A DNA stretch of 64,000 nucleotides from an uncultured delta proteobacterium (GCA_963743305.1 CAVUPH010000029.1:1-64000); one strand, 5' to 3'; counted from the first letter of the stretch, positions 49,656 to 59,936 are shown. Numbers and translations: made by a program. Notes: generated by a model from the sequence alone, not told the origin.

Positions 49656-51302
49656 CTATAACAGAAGGAGAAAAAGGACTGCCGGGATCAAACCGCCCAA
49701 GGCTGCAAACGGAAAGTCCTCCTCCACCTCAAAAGACTGTGGTCGGGAAAATTCGCCCTCTTTCCCCTGGGGATTGATAGAACTCGTTCGAACGTAATAG
49801 GTACCGCTCTGGGCAGGTTTTTTCAGACGGAGTTCAGGCTGGGCAACCTTCTGATCCACAACGATTTTCTGAAAGCCTTCGTCTTGGGCCATCTGAAGAT
49901 GATAGGTCAGGTTCGCTCCGGGATTCGGCCACCGAAAATAGATATTATCCTTTCCCACCGCGGGTTTCTCCAGGGCGGGTGAAGGGGGAGGCTGAACCAC
50001 CTTGAAAGGCAGGCTGTCCGACCAGGCCCCTTCGTACCCGTCAGCGGCGATCGACCTGACCCGGAAATAGTATCCTTGATAGTCGAGCGAGGCCGTCGTG
50101 TATTCCGTAGCCGTGAGATCCTTTTGTTCCATTCGGATTTTCTGAAACTCAGGGTCTTCCGCCAGTTGAAAATGGTACTTCTCCGCGTCCCGCACCTTGA
50201 GCCACCGGAAGTTCAGGCGCCGTTCCATGTATTCTCCCTCATGCTCCGGCATTTGAATAAAAGGGGCAACGGGATTGGTACGAATCTTCAGGGGAACCAC
50301 GGCCGAAGACGGCCCTTCCAATCCCACGGCATTGATGGAAAGGCTGCTCAGGAAATACGTCCCATCCTCCAGTCCTTCAACCAGCAACGGCTCCTCGGGT
50401 GAGAGGACCACATCGCGGATCGCATCCCTGGCCGCCTCATCCTTCGAAATGATTACCCGATACTTGGAAGCACCCGTCACTTCTTCGTACTCCAGGGCCA
50501 ACGGTAGTTTATTATAGTGTTCCTTCAGTGCCCGCCAGGCTGGTGGGGGAAGCAGCCTCCCCGGGGCTAGGGGCGGCGCCCCTTTTCGGACGACTGTTCC
50601 TTCCATTTCCTTGACGGCCACCCGGCCCTCCCGGTTTCCTAGTCCTACGACCCCTTCCAGGACCTCACACCGTGTCGTCTGTTCCAGGTCGACCGCGATT
50701 CGAAATTCCGTGCCCCGCACCGCGGCCACCGCCGCCGGTGTCTGAATTTCATAGCGGGGCTCTTGCCCAACGATTTTTCTGATTCGGGAAAAGGTATTTC
50801 CTATTTCCTGCTTTATTTTATAAAACCGGTGAAGGAGACCTCTTTTCTCCGCTGAGATCAACGAAATCTGGGTATTGGACTTCAGAAAAAGAACATCGCC
50901 GTCCTCAAAAACCATCTCCAACTCGCTTTGCTCACCAGTACTTACCCAACCCCCTTGGGCAATGTGCTCCCCAAGATGGAGGGGTTCCCATTTTTTTGCC
51001 CCCTGGTCGTAGAGGAGGACCTCCCCCTTCAGATAAGTGACCTGCCCGTTCAACGGCAGTCTTTTCAGCAGGTCAACAGGGATGATCAGCTTTCTTCCGG
51101 GATAGATCAGGTCGGGGTTTCGAAGGTGATTGATTCGGGCTATCTCCGGCCACCGCCGGGGATTTTCCAGATACCGCTCCACGATATTTACCAGACGATC
51201 CCCCTTGGAAATAGTAACCTCCACCGTCGGGTTGGCCGAGGCGGCCCCCAGGGTCAGGCACCCGATTAGCATTAAAGAAACCGTCATAGACAGATGGCGC
51301 AT
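49656..51302 (-). CDS. LysM-FecR-(FN3/Ig-like repeats) protein with signal peptide and C-terminal membrane anchor
   Basis: GDRL..RYL..W.EIARIN..NPDLIYPG (LysM); TPAAVAAVRGTEF, EVLEG.V (FecR); three Y..Q.A.D..F / YY.RV.SI...G.EG..S units. Confidence 0.85.
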   Translation of the reverse strand: MRHLSMTVSLMLIGCLTLGAASANPTVEVTISKGDRLVNIVERYLENPRRWPEIARINHLRNPDLIYPGRKLIIPVDLLKRLPLNGQVTYLKGEVLLYDQGAKKWEPLHLGEHIAQGGWVSTGEQSELEMVFEDGDVLFLKSNTQISLISAEKRGLLHRFYKIKQEIGNTFSRIRKIVGQEPRYEIQTPAAVAAVRGTEFRIAVDLEQTTRCEVLEGVVGLGNREGRVAVKEMEGTVVRKGAPPLAPGRLLPPPAWRALKEHYNKLPLALEYEEVTGASKYRVIISKDEAARDAIRDVVLSPEEPLLVEGLEDGTYFLSSLSINAVGLEGPSSAVVPLKIRTNPVAPFIQMPEHEGEYMERRLNFRWLKVRDAEKYHFQLAEDPEFQKIRMEQKDLTATEYTTASLDYQGYYFRVRSIAADGYEGAWSDSLPFKVVQPPPSPALEKPAVGKDNIYFRWPNPGANLTYHLQMAQDEGFQKIVVDQKVAQPELRLKKPAQSGTYYVRTSSINPQGKEGEFSRPQSFEVEEDFPFAALGGLIPAVLFLLLL

Positions 51303-51578
51303 CTTCTTCCTCTCGAGACAGGTGACTTCCACCTTGATTCATTCTGCCAAAGAGTGCATCGGATTATACCGGATTCCCTTTAAAGAATCCCTTGGCTTCA
51401 GCTTTCTTGATTAATAAAATTCAGCGTATGATATCACACCTAATCGACAAAGTCGATAAACAGGCATGGGGTGGAGGAATCCCCTCGCCGGGCAAACCCC
51501 GCCCCCTATCATCCGGAGGACGGTTCGATGGAGGGCAAGGGGGAGCAGGTCGCTGATTATCTAATCGGCAGGAACGCT

Positions 51579-52565
51579 TCAGCCGCCGATTTTGGACATC
51601 TGGCGCTGACAACGCTGGGGTGTGGCGGGGGATTGGAGGGGATGCTCCTTGGGTTTGGAGGCTATGGCCTCATGGATAATCATTTCCAGTTCGTCGTCTG
51701 AGGCCCCCTGCCGCAGGGGACGACGGATATCGGTTTCATTATCGGAAAAAATGCAGGTCCGGAGCTTTCCGTCGGCCGTCAGGCGAAACCGATTGCAGGA
51801 CGGGCAGAAATGATGACTGATGGGGCTGATCAGCCCGATTTCGCCTCGGGCCCCGGAATACTTCCAGCGTCGGGCGGGACCGTCCAACCCGTGGCCGTTC
51901 AAGGGCTCCAGGGCGCCCAGGGTTTGCAGCCGGGTCAGGATTTGATCTCCCGGCAGGTATCGCTCCGTCTGGCAGCCGGTCTCCGGTCCCACGGGCATGA
52001 ATTCAATGAAACGGATATGAAACGGTTTTTCCAGGGAGAGGCGGCCAAAGGCCGGGATCTCGTCCTCGTTGAGTCCTTTCAGCGCCACCACGTTGATCTT
52101 GATCGGCTGAAAGCCGACGGCTTCGGCGGCCAGGATCCCCTGCCAGACCTGGTGAAAAAAGTCCTGTCGGGTAATTCGGGCGTACCGGCGGGGATCGAGG
52201 GAATCGAGGCTGATGTTGATCCGGCGGATCCCGGCCTCCCAGATGGCCTGGGCTTGTTCGGCCAGCAGGACCCCATTGGTGGTCAGGCTGATGTCCTTTA
52301 TCCCCGGGATCCGGGCCAGTTCCGCGATAAAAGGGATCACGCCCTTACGGGCCAAAGGTTCTCCGCCGGTCAGGCGGATCTTTTCGATGCCCAGGCGGAC
52401 GCTTAACCGGGCCAGACGCAGGAACTCTTCGTAGCTCAGGATATCCCCGTGGGCCAGCTTGGGCACTCCCCCCTCCGGCATGCAATAGAGACAGCGCAGG
52501 TTGCACCGGTCGGTGAGGGAGAGGCGTAGATAATTGAGGCGGCGATTAAAGGGATCTAATAGCAT
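51579..52565 (-). CDS. moaA: GTP 3',8-cyclase
   Basis: CNLRCLYC, RLTGGEPL, RFIEFMP, CPSCNR.R..C, C-terminal IGG. Confidence 0.96.
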   Translation of the reverse strand: MLLDPFNRRLNYLRLSLTDRCNLRCLYCMPEGGVPKLAHGDILSYEEFLRLARLSVRLGIEKIRLTGGEPLARKGVIPFIAELARIPGIKDISLTTNGVLLAEQAQAIWEAGIRRINISLDSLDPRRYARITRQDFFHQVWQGILAAEAVGFQPIKINVVALKGLNEDEIPAFGRLSLEKPFHIRFIEFMPVGPETGCQTERYLPGDQILTRLQTLGALEPLNGHGLDGPARRWKYSGARGEIGLISPISHHFCPSCNRFRLTADGKLRTCIFSDNETDIRRPLRQGASDDELEMIIHEAIASKPKEHPLQSPATPQRCQRQMSKIGG

Positions 52566-52721
52566 AGTCGCTTATTGGTTGCATAAATATGTCTTTTTTT
52601 ACATAATATCATTTATTAGAAGACTCTGTCAATCTGTCGTGGTGATTTCGCAAAAAATCTCAGTCGGTCATGGTGAGCCCTGCGTTTGCCGTCATCCTGA
52701 GCAAGAGAACGGAACAACACT

Positions 52722-53949
52722 ATGAAACCCTTTTTTAAGGTAAAAACCCCCGAAGAAATTTTTGAAATGTTGGAAATCTTCCCGCCCTTGGGCCGGGAAA
52801 CCCTGCCCTTGGAAAAGGCGCTGAACCGGGTGCTGGCTGAAGAGGTATCCTCCCCCGAAGACCTGCCCCATTTCGCCCGGGCGACCATGGATGGATACGC
52901 GGTTCGAGCCCGGGATACCTTCGGGGCCTCCGAGGCCATACCGGCCTTATTGACGGTCAGCGGGGAAATCACTATGGGCCGGGAGGCCACCGTCCCGATT
53001 CGACCCGGCCAATGCGCCCGCATCGCCACCGGAGGCATGCTCCCTCCCGGGGCCGACTGCGGTGGTCATGATCGAGCAGACCCAGGGTTTGGATGACCAA
53101 ACCATCGAGGTCTTCAAGTCGGTTTCTCCTCTGGACCACGTCATTCAAATCGGGGACGATCTCCGGCGGGGACGGACGGTCCTCCAGGCGGGTCGACGCC
53201 TTCGACCCCAGGATCTGGGTCTTTTAGCCGGCCTCGGGGTGCAGCAGGTCCCGGTAGTTCACCAACCCCGAGTGGCGGTCATTTCCACCGGCGACGAGAT
53301 CGTCCCCTTCGATCAGCAGCCGCCCCCGGGAAAGGTCCGGGACATCAACGCCTTCACCTTGCCGGCCCTGGTCCGGGAGGCCGGCGGGGTCCCGGAGTTC
53401 TTGGGTTTGTCCCGGGACAATTTTCAGGAGCTCCGGGAAAAGTGCCGAACGGGCCTGGAGCATTTCGATGCGGTCCTGATTTCCGGTGGAAGTTCCGTGG
53501 GAAGCCGGGACTTTTCCCTGGAGGTCATCGGTTCATTTCCGGGAGCGGAAATTCTGGCCCACGGCATCTCCATCAGTCCCGGTAAACCTACCATCCTGGC
53601 CCGCGTCGGCTCCAAAGCCCTTTGGGGCCTGCCGGGTCATACCGCCTCGGCCCTGGTGGTCTTTTCCATTTTTGTCAAGCCCTGTCTGAACCACCTGGAA
53701 GGGGAACTCCCCTCTTCGATCAAACCCAGCTTGAAGGCCCGCCTGACCCGCAACCTGGCCTCGGCCCAGGGCCGGGATGATTATATCCGCGTCGCCCTGC
53801 GCCAGGGTCCCGAGGGCTGGGAAGCCGAACCGATCCTGGGAAAATCCGGGCTCATCTCCACCCTGGTCCGGTCCGATGGGTTGATCCGCATCGACCGCTT
53901 CACGGAAGGAAAAGAAAAAGGGGAATGGGTGGAGGTTATGCTGTTTTAG
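52722..53949 (+). CDS. moeA: Molybdopterin molybdotransferase; frameshift near 53060
   Basis: MDGYAV, IATGG.LP.GAD, STGDE, SGGSSVG, PGKPT, GLPG. Confidence 0.9.
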
Positions 53950-53959
53950 AAATTTTGGC

Positions 53960-54075
53960 GATTCAGGAAACAATTGAGAATTGGCAATGTGATTGTTGAT
54001 CATTTGTTCTTGCCTCGGCAGGACTTAAAAAATCAATTTTCAATCGTCAGTAATCAATCGTAAATTGTCAATTAA
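53960..54075. repeat. Intergenic heptamer (AATTG/CAATT) inverted repeat between the moeA paralogues
   Basis: AATTGAGAATTGGCAATG..TCAATTTTCAATCGTCAGTAATCAATCGTAAATTGTCAATT. Confidence 0.6.
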
Positions 54076-54089
54076 GGAAAGGTAATTCA

Positions 54090-56013
54090 ATGAAACGAAA
54101 AATATACTTTGAGATGAAATCGCTGGCGGAGGCCCGGGACATTTTCTTTAACTGCCTCGACTACCCTTCCCTTCTGGGGGACGAAGCCATCCCCACGACG
54201 GAAGCCCTGGGCCGCGTCCTGGCCGAACCGGTCTTTGCCCGTTTTTCTTCTCCTAATTTCCATTGCGCCGCCATGGACGGCATCGCCGTCTGGGCGGAGG
54301 ACACCTTCGGGGCCAGCATCGAGCAGCCGAAGCAGTTGACGATCGGTAAGGGTGCCTTCTGGATCAACACGGGCCATCCCCTGCCCCCGCAAACCAACGC
54401 CGTCATCATGGTGGAAAACCTCAACCCGTTGGATGAAGAACGACTTGAAATCCAGGCCTCCGCCTACCCCTGGCAATACGTCCGCAAGCTGGGCGAAGAT
54501 ATGGTGGCCACCGAACTGCTGCTGTCCCAAGGCCACCGGATCAATGCCTACGACCTGGGAGCCCTGATCGCCGGGGGAATCTTCAGGGTAACCGTAAAAA
54601 AGCGGCCCAAAGTAATCCTGATTCCCACCGGATCCGAACTTTTGGATTGGGCCGACCTCCAGGGGAAACCTTTGCCGCCCGGCAAGGTACCGGAATTCAA
54701 CACCCTGATCCTCAGCGGTCTGGTCCAGGAATCCGGAGGACTTTCCGAACGCCGGGGGATCATCAAGGACCAACCGGAAAAAATTCAGGCCGCCCTGGCG
54801 GAAGCCGCGGCCTCGGACTGCCAGATGGTGATCCTGAACGCCGGGTCGTCTTCGGGCAGCGAGGACTACACTTTTTCGGCCGTCCAGGCCCTCGGACAGG
54901 TCCTGGTCCACGGTGTGACCATCATGCCCGGCAAGCCGACCATCCTGGGGGTCGTCCAGGGAAAACCGGTAATCGGAAATCCCGGTTACCCGGTTTCAGC
55001 CACGATCTCTTTCGAACAGTTCGCCCGGCCGGTTCTGTATCAAATGCAGGGTCTGCTCACCCCGGAACGAAAAAAACTGAATGTTTATCCGGCCCGCCAT
55101 TTTCCATCCAAGCTCGGCCAGGAGGAATTCCTGCGGGTCAATCTCGGTCAGGTGGGGGACAAAGTTATCGCCAACCCCCTGCCCCGCGGGGCCGGCACCA
55201 TTACCTCCCTGACCCGAGCCGACGGGATCATCCGCATCCCGGAAAACGCCGAGGGACTCAACCTGAACGAGCCGGTCCCGGCTGAACTGTTGCGGGATGA
55301 GCAGGTCATCGCCCAGACGGTGGTCATCGTCGGCAGCCACGACAATACGCTGGACCTGCTGGGGAATTTCTTTACCCTCTCCTTCCCGCGTTTTCGGCTG
55401 ACCTCCAGCAATGTAGGCAGCACCGGGGGATTGATGGCTCTCAAGCGAGGGATCGCCCATCTGGCCGGCTCCCATCTGCTGGACCCGGAAACCGGCGAGT
55501 ACAATATCCCCGATATCCGGCGTTTGATCCCGGACGTTCCCGTCAAAGGGGTCAACCTGGTCTTTCGCCAGCAGGGTCTGATCGTGCCCCAGGGAAATCC
55601 CAAGGGGATTAAAGGCCTGGAGGATTTGACCCGCCCGGACCTGGTGCTGATCAACCGTCAGGCCGGCTCCGGAACACGCATCCTGCTTGATTTCCGTTTG
55701 AAAGGCCCTGGGGATCGATCCGACGGCCATCCGGGGTTACGAAGACGAAGAGTTCACCCACATGGCCGTGGCCGTCAATGTCCTGAGCGGGCGGGCCGAT
55801 GTCGGGATGGGCATTTTCGCCGCCGCCAAAGCCCTGGACCTGGATTTCATCCCCGTGGTCCAGGAACGGTACGACCTGATCATTTCCGAGAAGTTTTGGG
55901 AGGAAGAAAAAATCCAGGCCCTGCTGACGGTCATTCGGTCTAATGAATATCAGGATGCCGTCCGGGCCATGGGAGGATACGAATTGACACGGACGGGGGA
56001 ATTACTGTTCTAA
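54090..56013 (+). CDS. moeA: MoeA fused to a PBP/LysR substrate-binding domain; frameshift near 55705
   Basis: MDGIAV, GSSSGSED, PGYPVS; GSHD, VGSTGGL, NRQAGSGTR, ERYDL. Confidence 0.88.
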
Positions 56014-56015
56014 AG

Positions 56016-56166
56016 GGAATAGTGGAATAATGGAAGGATGAAAAAGCCCTCTGCCCATACCCATCATTCCATCATGGAGTTGGAAAAAGCCACTGAAGGT
56101 GAAATCTTCCACTGGACAAATTTCCCTTTCTCCCCCTTTGATAAAGGGGGGGCGGGGGGGATTTAA
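56016..56166. repeat. Octamer GGAATAAT/CATTCCAT repeat plus CCCCCTTT..AAAGGGGG palindrome
   Basis: GGAATAGTGGAATAATGGAAGGATG..CCATCATTCCATC; CCCCCTTTGATAAAGGGGG at about 56132-56150. Confidence 0.65.
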
Positions 56167-56534
56167 AGGATTCCCAACCCATTTGGTGGACTTTTTTTCT
56201 GAAACATTAAGGTGGGGAGGTGTTGTTCTAATGCTGAAAACGAGTGTCGAATTGCGAACCCGAATTAGGAATAACAAAGTTGTGGTCGGTGGGACCGGCT
56301 CAAGGCGGACAGTCGGGGCCTCCGGCATCGTCAGCGTTAATTTGGGACCGAACTCCACTCCGGCCTCCTGAGGCCTGTACCAAAAAGAGACTCAGAGCTT
56401 GGACCCATGGTCGTTGGCCCTTTCTATGCTTTCACGATTCCTCATGGATTTGTTCACTAGCCTCTTACATTCAGAAGTATACCACTGTTCCCGGACCTTT
56501 GCCCAGCCTTCATCTCGTCATGATCGATCTCTAT

Positions 56535-56644
56535 CGCCAACGCCCGCCATCAGCGGCGCGCAACCACCCCGCCAAGGAGCTTCAGGGAATGCCACCATAT
56601 TTGCCCGGCGTGGTGGCGTTTCCGACTGCATGGCGTTGTTAGCG
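56535..56644 (-). mobile_element. Integron attC site (110 bp)
   Basis: Minus strand: CGCTAAC-AACGC-CATGCAGT..GCTGATG-GCGGGC-GTTGGCG, i.e. R''/L''/L'/R' boxes with one extrahelical base, just after a cassette ORF. Confidence 0.82.
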
Positions 56645-56668
56645 ACTTCAACTGGAATTCGAAGATGG

Positions 56669-57559
56669 CTAGCAACTCCATTGAGCCTGCCCCAGAACAT
56701 AGATCGCCAAGGAGATATCGTCGTTTCACTCACCCAGGAGAACGATTCGGTTTCTTGTGCCAGTGGGCGATAGGAATTCAGCAAGAAAGCGCCGAACTAG
56801 GTACGTCTTCCAGTAAGCTCATCTGAGCATCGCGAAGCGGATAGTCTTCCACCTGGGTATGATGGTGACTAACATCAAGGCATGCAGCAGATCCGTGCCT
56901 TCTTGCTCCACCTCCGCTGAAGCCATCGTTCTGCAGGCTGTCGAAGTGCTGTTTCAGATCTGAGCATCATGGAGGCACATCACGTCATCGACGGTAGATC
57001 TCACGGACGCTCAGGATACGGACGCATTGTCATATCGAATTCAACCAAGTTCGTCCTTCGACGTCACAGCCTCAAGGACCGCATCTGCATGGCCTTCTTC
57101 TCCACCGTCACGAAATGAATCCTCGATAGGTGAGCCGCGTCGCTCGAGGATCGATCTAGCCGTGCTACTGTCCCAAGGCGTCTTGAATCGTCGTCCATCG
57201 AGAGACCAGTCAGATTCTACTCGTCAGGCGTTCGAGATCCTGCGCAAGACCGAGCTAGTCGGTGCAGTCATAGGATAGCCGACGATCGCGATGGCCTGAC
57301 ATCGTCTTGAAGCCTTCAAACTCTGCGTCAGCGACCGCTCAAGTTCGTCGCTCTCACCAGAAGCGGCAATACGCATGTATAGGCGTTCGTGGTACGTGGC
57401 CCCCGCGTGAAGGTCCGCTTCCACAGCGGGCCTTCGGATGCGACACGCAGATCGCGGTAGGCCAAGTAGCTTGCCGTCCACCGCGGAACTCCATCTCTGC
57501 ATAGGCAACTTCGCGGCACAGTGGTTGTCCTCATAGACGTTATGGAAATCCGTGCTCAT
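56669..57559 (-). pseudogene. Integron cassette: class I SAM methyltransferase, heavily garbled by indels
   Basis: Pieces in shifting frames: MSTDFHNVYED, YLAYRDL, near-PVEDI..CSDE, YRPLA..FSWVSETTISPW. Lies between attI and attC. Confidence 0.6.
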
Positions 57560-57584
57560 TGCCTCGAGATCGCATCTTGCGCCA

Positions 57585-57730
57585 CGCTAACATAGTATTA
57601 TGCCTCAAAAATAGCATCCCTATTTCACGCCTTCCTGGATGCTATGCCTCAAAAAATGTCCGGACAACCCATAAACATGATGCCAATATGAGGCATATGA
57701 TCCAACCGGGGAGGGATGATATGCCTCAAA
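57585..57730 (-). mobile_element. Putative attI site with repeated integrase-binding-like boxes
   Basis: Minus strand GCATAAT-ACTAT-GTTAGCG (57603-57585). TATGCCTCA occurs at 57599, 57643 and 57720, and inverted at 57689. Confidence 0.68.
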
Positions 57731-57897
57731 CGACTCGTCGGGGTGTGGCGCCGCTGAATCCCCAGCCGCGCTGGCCTGAGGGATACCTCACCGTGCTTAG
57801 GGAGGCCGGGGCGCAGGAGAAAACCATCCCGCACTGTGTGGCTTGGATCCGCCGGTTCTTTGCCGAGCATCCGGACCGCAGGCGCCGGGACCTGGGC
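57721..57897 (+). pseudogene. intI: Truncated integron integrase (N-terminal SAM-like domain only)
   Basis: GGGAGG RBS; EKTIPHCVAWIRRFFAEHPDRRRRDLG resembles IntI RTE.AY..WIRRF..FH..RHP.DLG. Divergent from attI and the cassette. Confidence 0.65.
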
Positions 57898-57919
57898 CTC
57901 AGCCAAAAGCAAATTCTTA

Positions 57920-58381
57920 TCATAATCGCATGAATTCCTCGGGAGTTAAAACCACACCTTGGAAAATGGTTTCAAAATGCAAATCGTCCCAGGAAATCAT
58001 TGTCCGACAAAAGGGCGTATGTTTCTTGGCAACTGAAATCATCAAGGCATCGCCAAGCGATGTCCGGGCTTTGAGCAGATTAAAAATTTCTCTAATTTCA
58101 ACCTCGGGGAATTTCATATCCAGGCTGGGGAAAGGAAGCACAGCCACTTGATATTTTTGTTGGAAATAGGACCACAATTCGATCAACTGTTTTTCATTGA
58201 GATTAAAGGAGAGAATGCCGCAGAGTTCCAATAAATTGATTATGGTCGTAAAGCCGTTTCTCTTTTTGGCCAGATGATTGAGGAGGGCCCGATTGCTATT
58301 GAATTTGACATCTCTTTTATACCTCAGGTCGATCACAAAAACATTCGTATCGATCAGGACTAAGTCCGATTTCGAGCCCAA
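57920..58381 (-). CDS. PIN-domain toxin-like protein
   Basis: LIDTNVF, NLLEL, LGDAL, SWD..HF; overlaps the antitoxin gene. Confidence 0.8.
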   Translation of the reverse strand: MGSKSDLVLIDTNVFVIDLRYKRDVKFNSNRALLNHLAKKRNGFTTIINLLELCGILSFNLNEKQLIELWSYFQQKYQVAVLPFPSLDMKFPEVEIREIFNLLKARTSLGDALMISVAKKHTPFCRTMISWDDLHFETIFQGVVLTPEEFMRL

Positions 58382-58623
58382 TCAACGGCCTCCTTCCATC
58401 CCTTAAACGGCGGCTTTGTGTTTCCCAGAGTTTTTTCAATGTCCTCCCAGGCCTCATCAAAGTGTCTGATTTCTTCCATGGTGGTTGTCTTTTCAGCTTT
58501 CGGTGGACTAATAACCCCGATGGGTTTTCCCCGATAGGTCAAGGTCAGGTGCTCCCCCGATTTTACCCTTTTGATTATTTCTCCTGTGTTCTGTTTTAAT
58601 TGCTTTGCCGTTATCGTACCCAT
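58360..58623 (-). CDS. Phd/YefM family antitoxin
   Basis: ITAKQLKQNTGEIIKRV..GE...LT.RGKP. Confidence 0.85.
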   Translation of the reverse strand: MGTITAKQLKQNTGEIIKRVKSGEHLTLTYRGKPIGVISPPKAEKTTTMEEIRHFDEAWEDIEKTLGNTKPPFKGWKEAVDWARNRT

Positions 58624-58636
58624 ACCAGGACCCTCC

Positions 58637-58668
58637 AAGTAATCACTTCAAGTTTATAGTAATTACTT
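58637..58668. promoter_or_regulatory. Putative TA operator palindromes
   Basis: AAGTAATCACTT and AGTAATTACT just upstream of the antitoxin. Confidence 0.5.
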
Positions 58669-58707
58669 CGCCCAGGAAATCAAGGACTACTATTGCCATC
58701 TTTCTTT

Positions 58708-59172
58708 TCAGCGCTGGTGATAGGCCGGATGCCCGGGCTTCACGGCAAAGAAGGTCCCCCGGCAGGTGGCCGTTACCTCGCCCCGGTAGGACAGGGTGGC
58801 TTCGATCACGGCTTTGCTTTTGGTGGATTCGACCACCGTGGCCGACAATTCCACGGCGTCATCGATCGGGGTGGGCTTCAGCAGCTTGACGGCGAATTCC
58901 CCGGTGACCGTGCAGGGCGGCTGGTCCAGGCCGTTCTTCACCATCAGATGCCAGGCCGAGGTCCAGTTGGAATGGCAGTCCAAAAGCGTCCCGATGATCC
59001 CGCCGCAGAGCACCCCCTCAAAGGCCTGGTGATGAGGTTCGGCCTTCCAGCGGGCCACCACCCGATCGCCATCCACATAGCTTTTGATCTTCAAGCCCTG
59101 TTCATTGGTCGGCCCGCAGCCGAAGCAGATGCCCCGGGCGTAATATTTATCCTGAATATTCCATTCTTGCAT
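58708..59172 (-). CDS. PaaI/hotdog family thioesterase
   Basis: CFGCGPTN..GL, GGIIGTLLDCHSNW, KPTP. Confidence 0.88.
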   Translation of the reverse strand: MQEWNIQDKYYARGICFGCGPTNEQGLKIKSYVDGDRVVARWKAEPHHQAFEGVLCGGIIGTLLDCHSNWTSAWHLMVKNGLDQPPCTVTGEFAVKLLKPTPIDDAVELSATVVESTKSKAVIEATLSYRGEVTATCRGTFFAVKPGHPAYHQR

Positions 59173-59211
59173 ATCGTTCCTTCCCTCCAGCCCTTCTCCG
59201 GATCTTGTCAG

Positions 59212-59646
59212 TTATAGGGTTTGAACCAGCCCTTCTCCCTGGGCGGCCACCATTAAACGCCGATCAAAAGTCAACAGTTTCAATTCGGGCAGGTCCTCCT
59301 GAAGAATTTTAGCGGCCGCCAGGTGCCAGAGATCGGCACCCCGCAGGGAGTAGCGGGCGGACAACTGCCGCAAGTCATTCTGCCGGGGGACCCCCTGCCA
59401 GGACCTCCAAGGGCCGGTTTCCAGGCTTTCCTCGGCAGCCTTTACCAGTACTTCCGCCAGCAGCTTCTCCCGGGCTATCCGCCGCAATACGGCCGACACC
59501 TCCGCGTAGGCCAGGGTGGAAAGGAAATGGTATCCCCACCGGATCGCCCATCGATGGGCTTCCCGGCTGTGGTCGTCTTTCAGGAGGGCAGACAGTATGG
59601 CCGAGGCATCCCAATAGAGGACCGCCGGCTTTTCTTCCGCCTTCAT
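59212..59646 (-). CDS. VapC-like PIN toxin
   Basis: YWDASA, AEV, LRGADLWHLA, TFDRRL. Confidence 0.88.
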   Translation of the reverse strand: MKAEEKPAVLYWDASAILSALLKDDHSREAHRWAIRWGYHFLSTLAYAEVSAVLRRIAREKLLAEVLVKAAEESLETGPWRSWQGVPRQNDLRQLSARYSLRGADLWHLAAAKILQEDLPELKLLTFDRRLMVAAQGEGLVQTL

Positions 59647-59936
59647 CGATTTCGGTCCTCCTGCAAGAAGTTCTGCGCCACTCCCTTCGGAGCTGGCAGC
59701 GGCGGCGGCAAGGGGATCCGGTTTTTTTTCGAGACAGGACGAAGAAGCCCCTGCCCTTCCAAACGGCGGACCCTCTCTTCCAGGGGCAGGTTCTCCGATT
59801 CCAAGGGAACGATCTTGGCGATCGGGTGTCCCCGATCGGTGATGACCACCTCCCGGCCGCTTTTTACCCTCTTAAGGATCTTACTCAAGTCGATCTTGGC
59901 CTCGCGAATACCGACGCTGTTTAAAACCATAGCCAT
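59643..59936 (-). CDS. Phd/YefM (prevent-host-death) antitoxin
   Basis: VGIREAK..LS..L.RV..G.EVVITDRG.P.A; TGACA-N9-TGTCA palindrome upstream at 59982-60000. Confidence 0.87.
   Translation of the reverse strand: MAMVLNSVGIREAKIDLSKILKRVKSGREVVITDRGHPIAKIVPLESENLPLEERVRRLEGQGLLRPVSKKNRIPLPPPLPAPKGVAQNFLQEDRNR

Noticed and set aside
52570-52720. Moco/Wco riboswitch upstream of moeA or moaA
   Set aside because: I could not recognise the conserved stem pattern; only a GTCATCCTGAGC repeat remnant is visible. An Rfam scan would settle it.
56002-57559. Six-frame ORFs in this interval as novel proteins
   Set aside because: Better explained as pieces of a garbled cassette gene, the attC and palindromic repeats.
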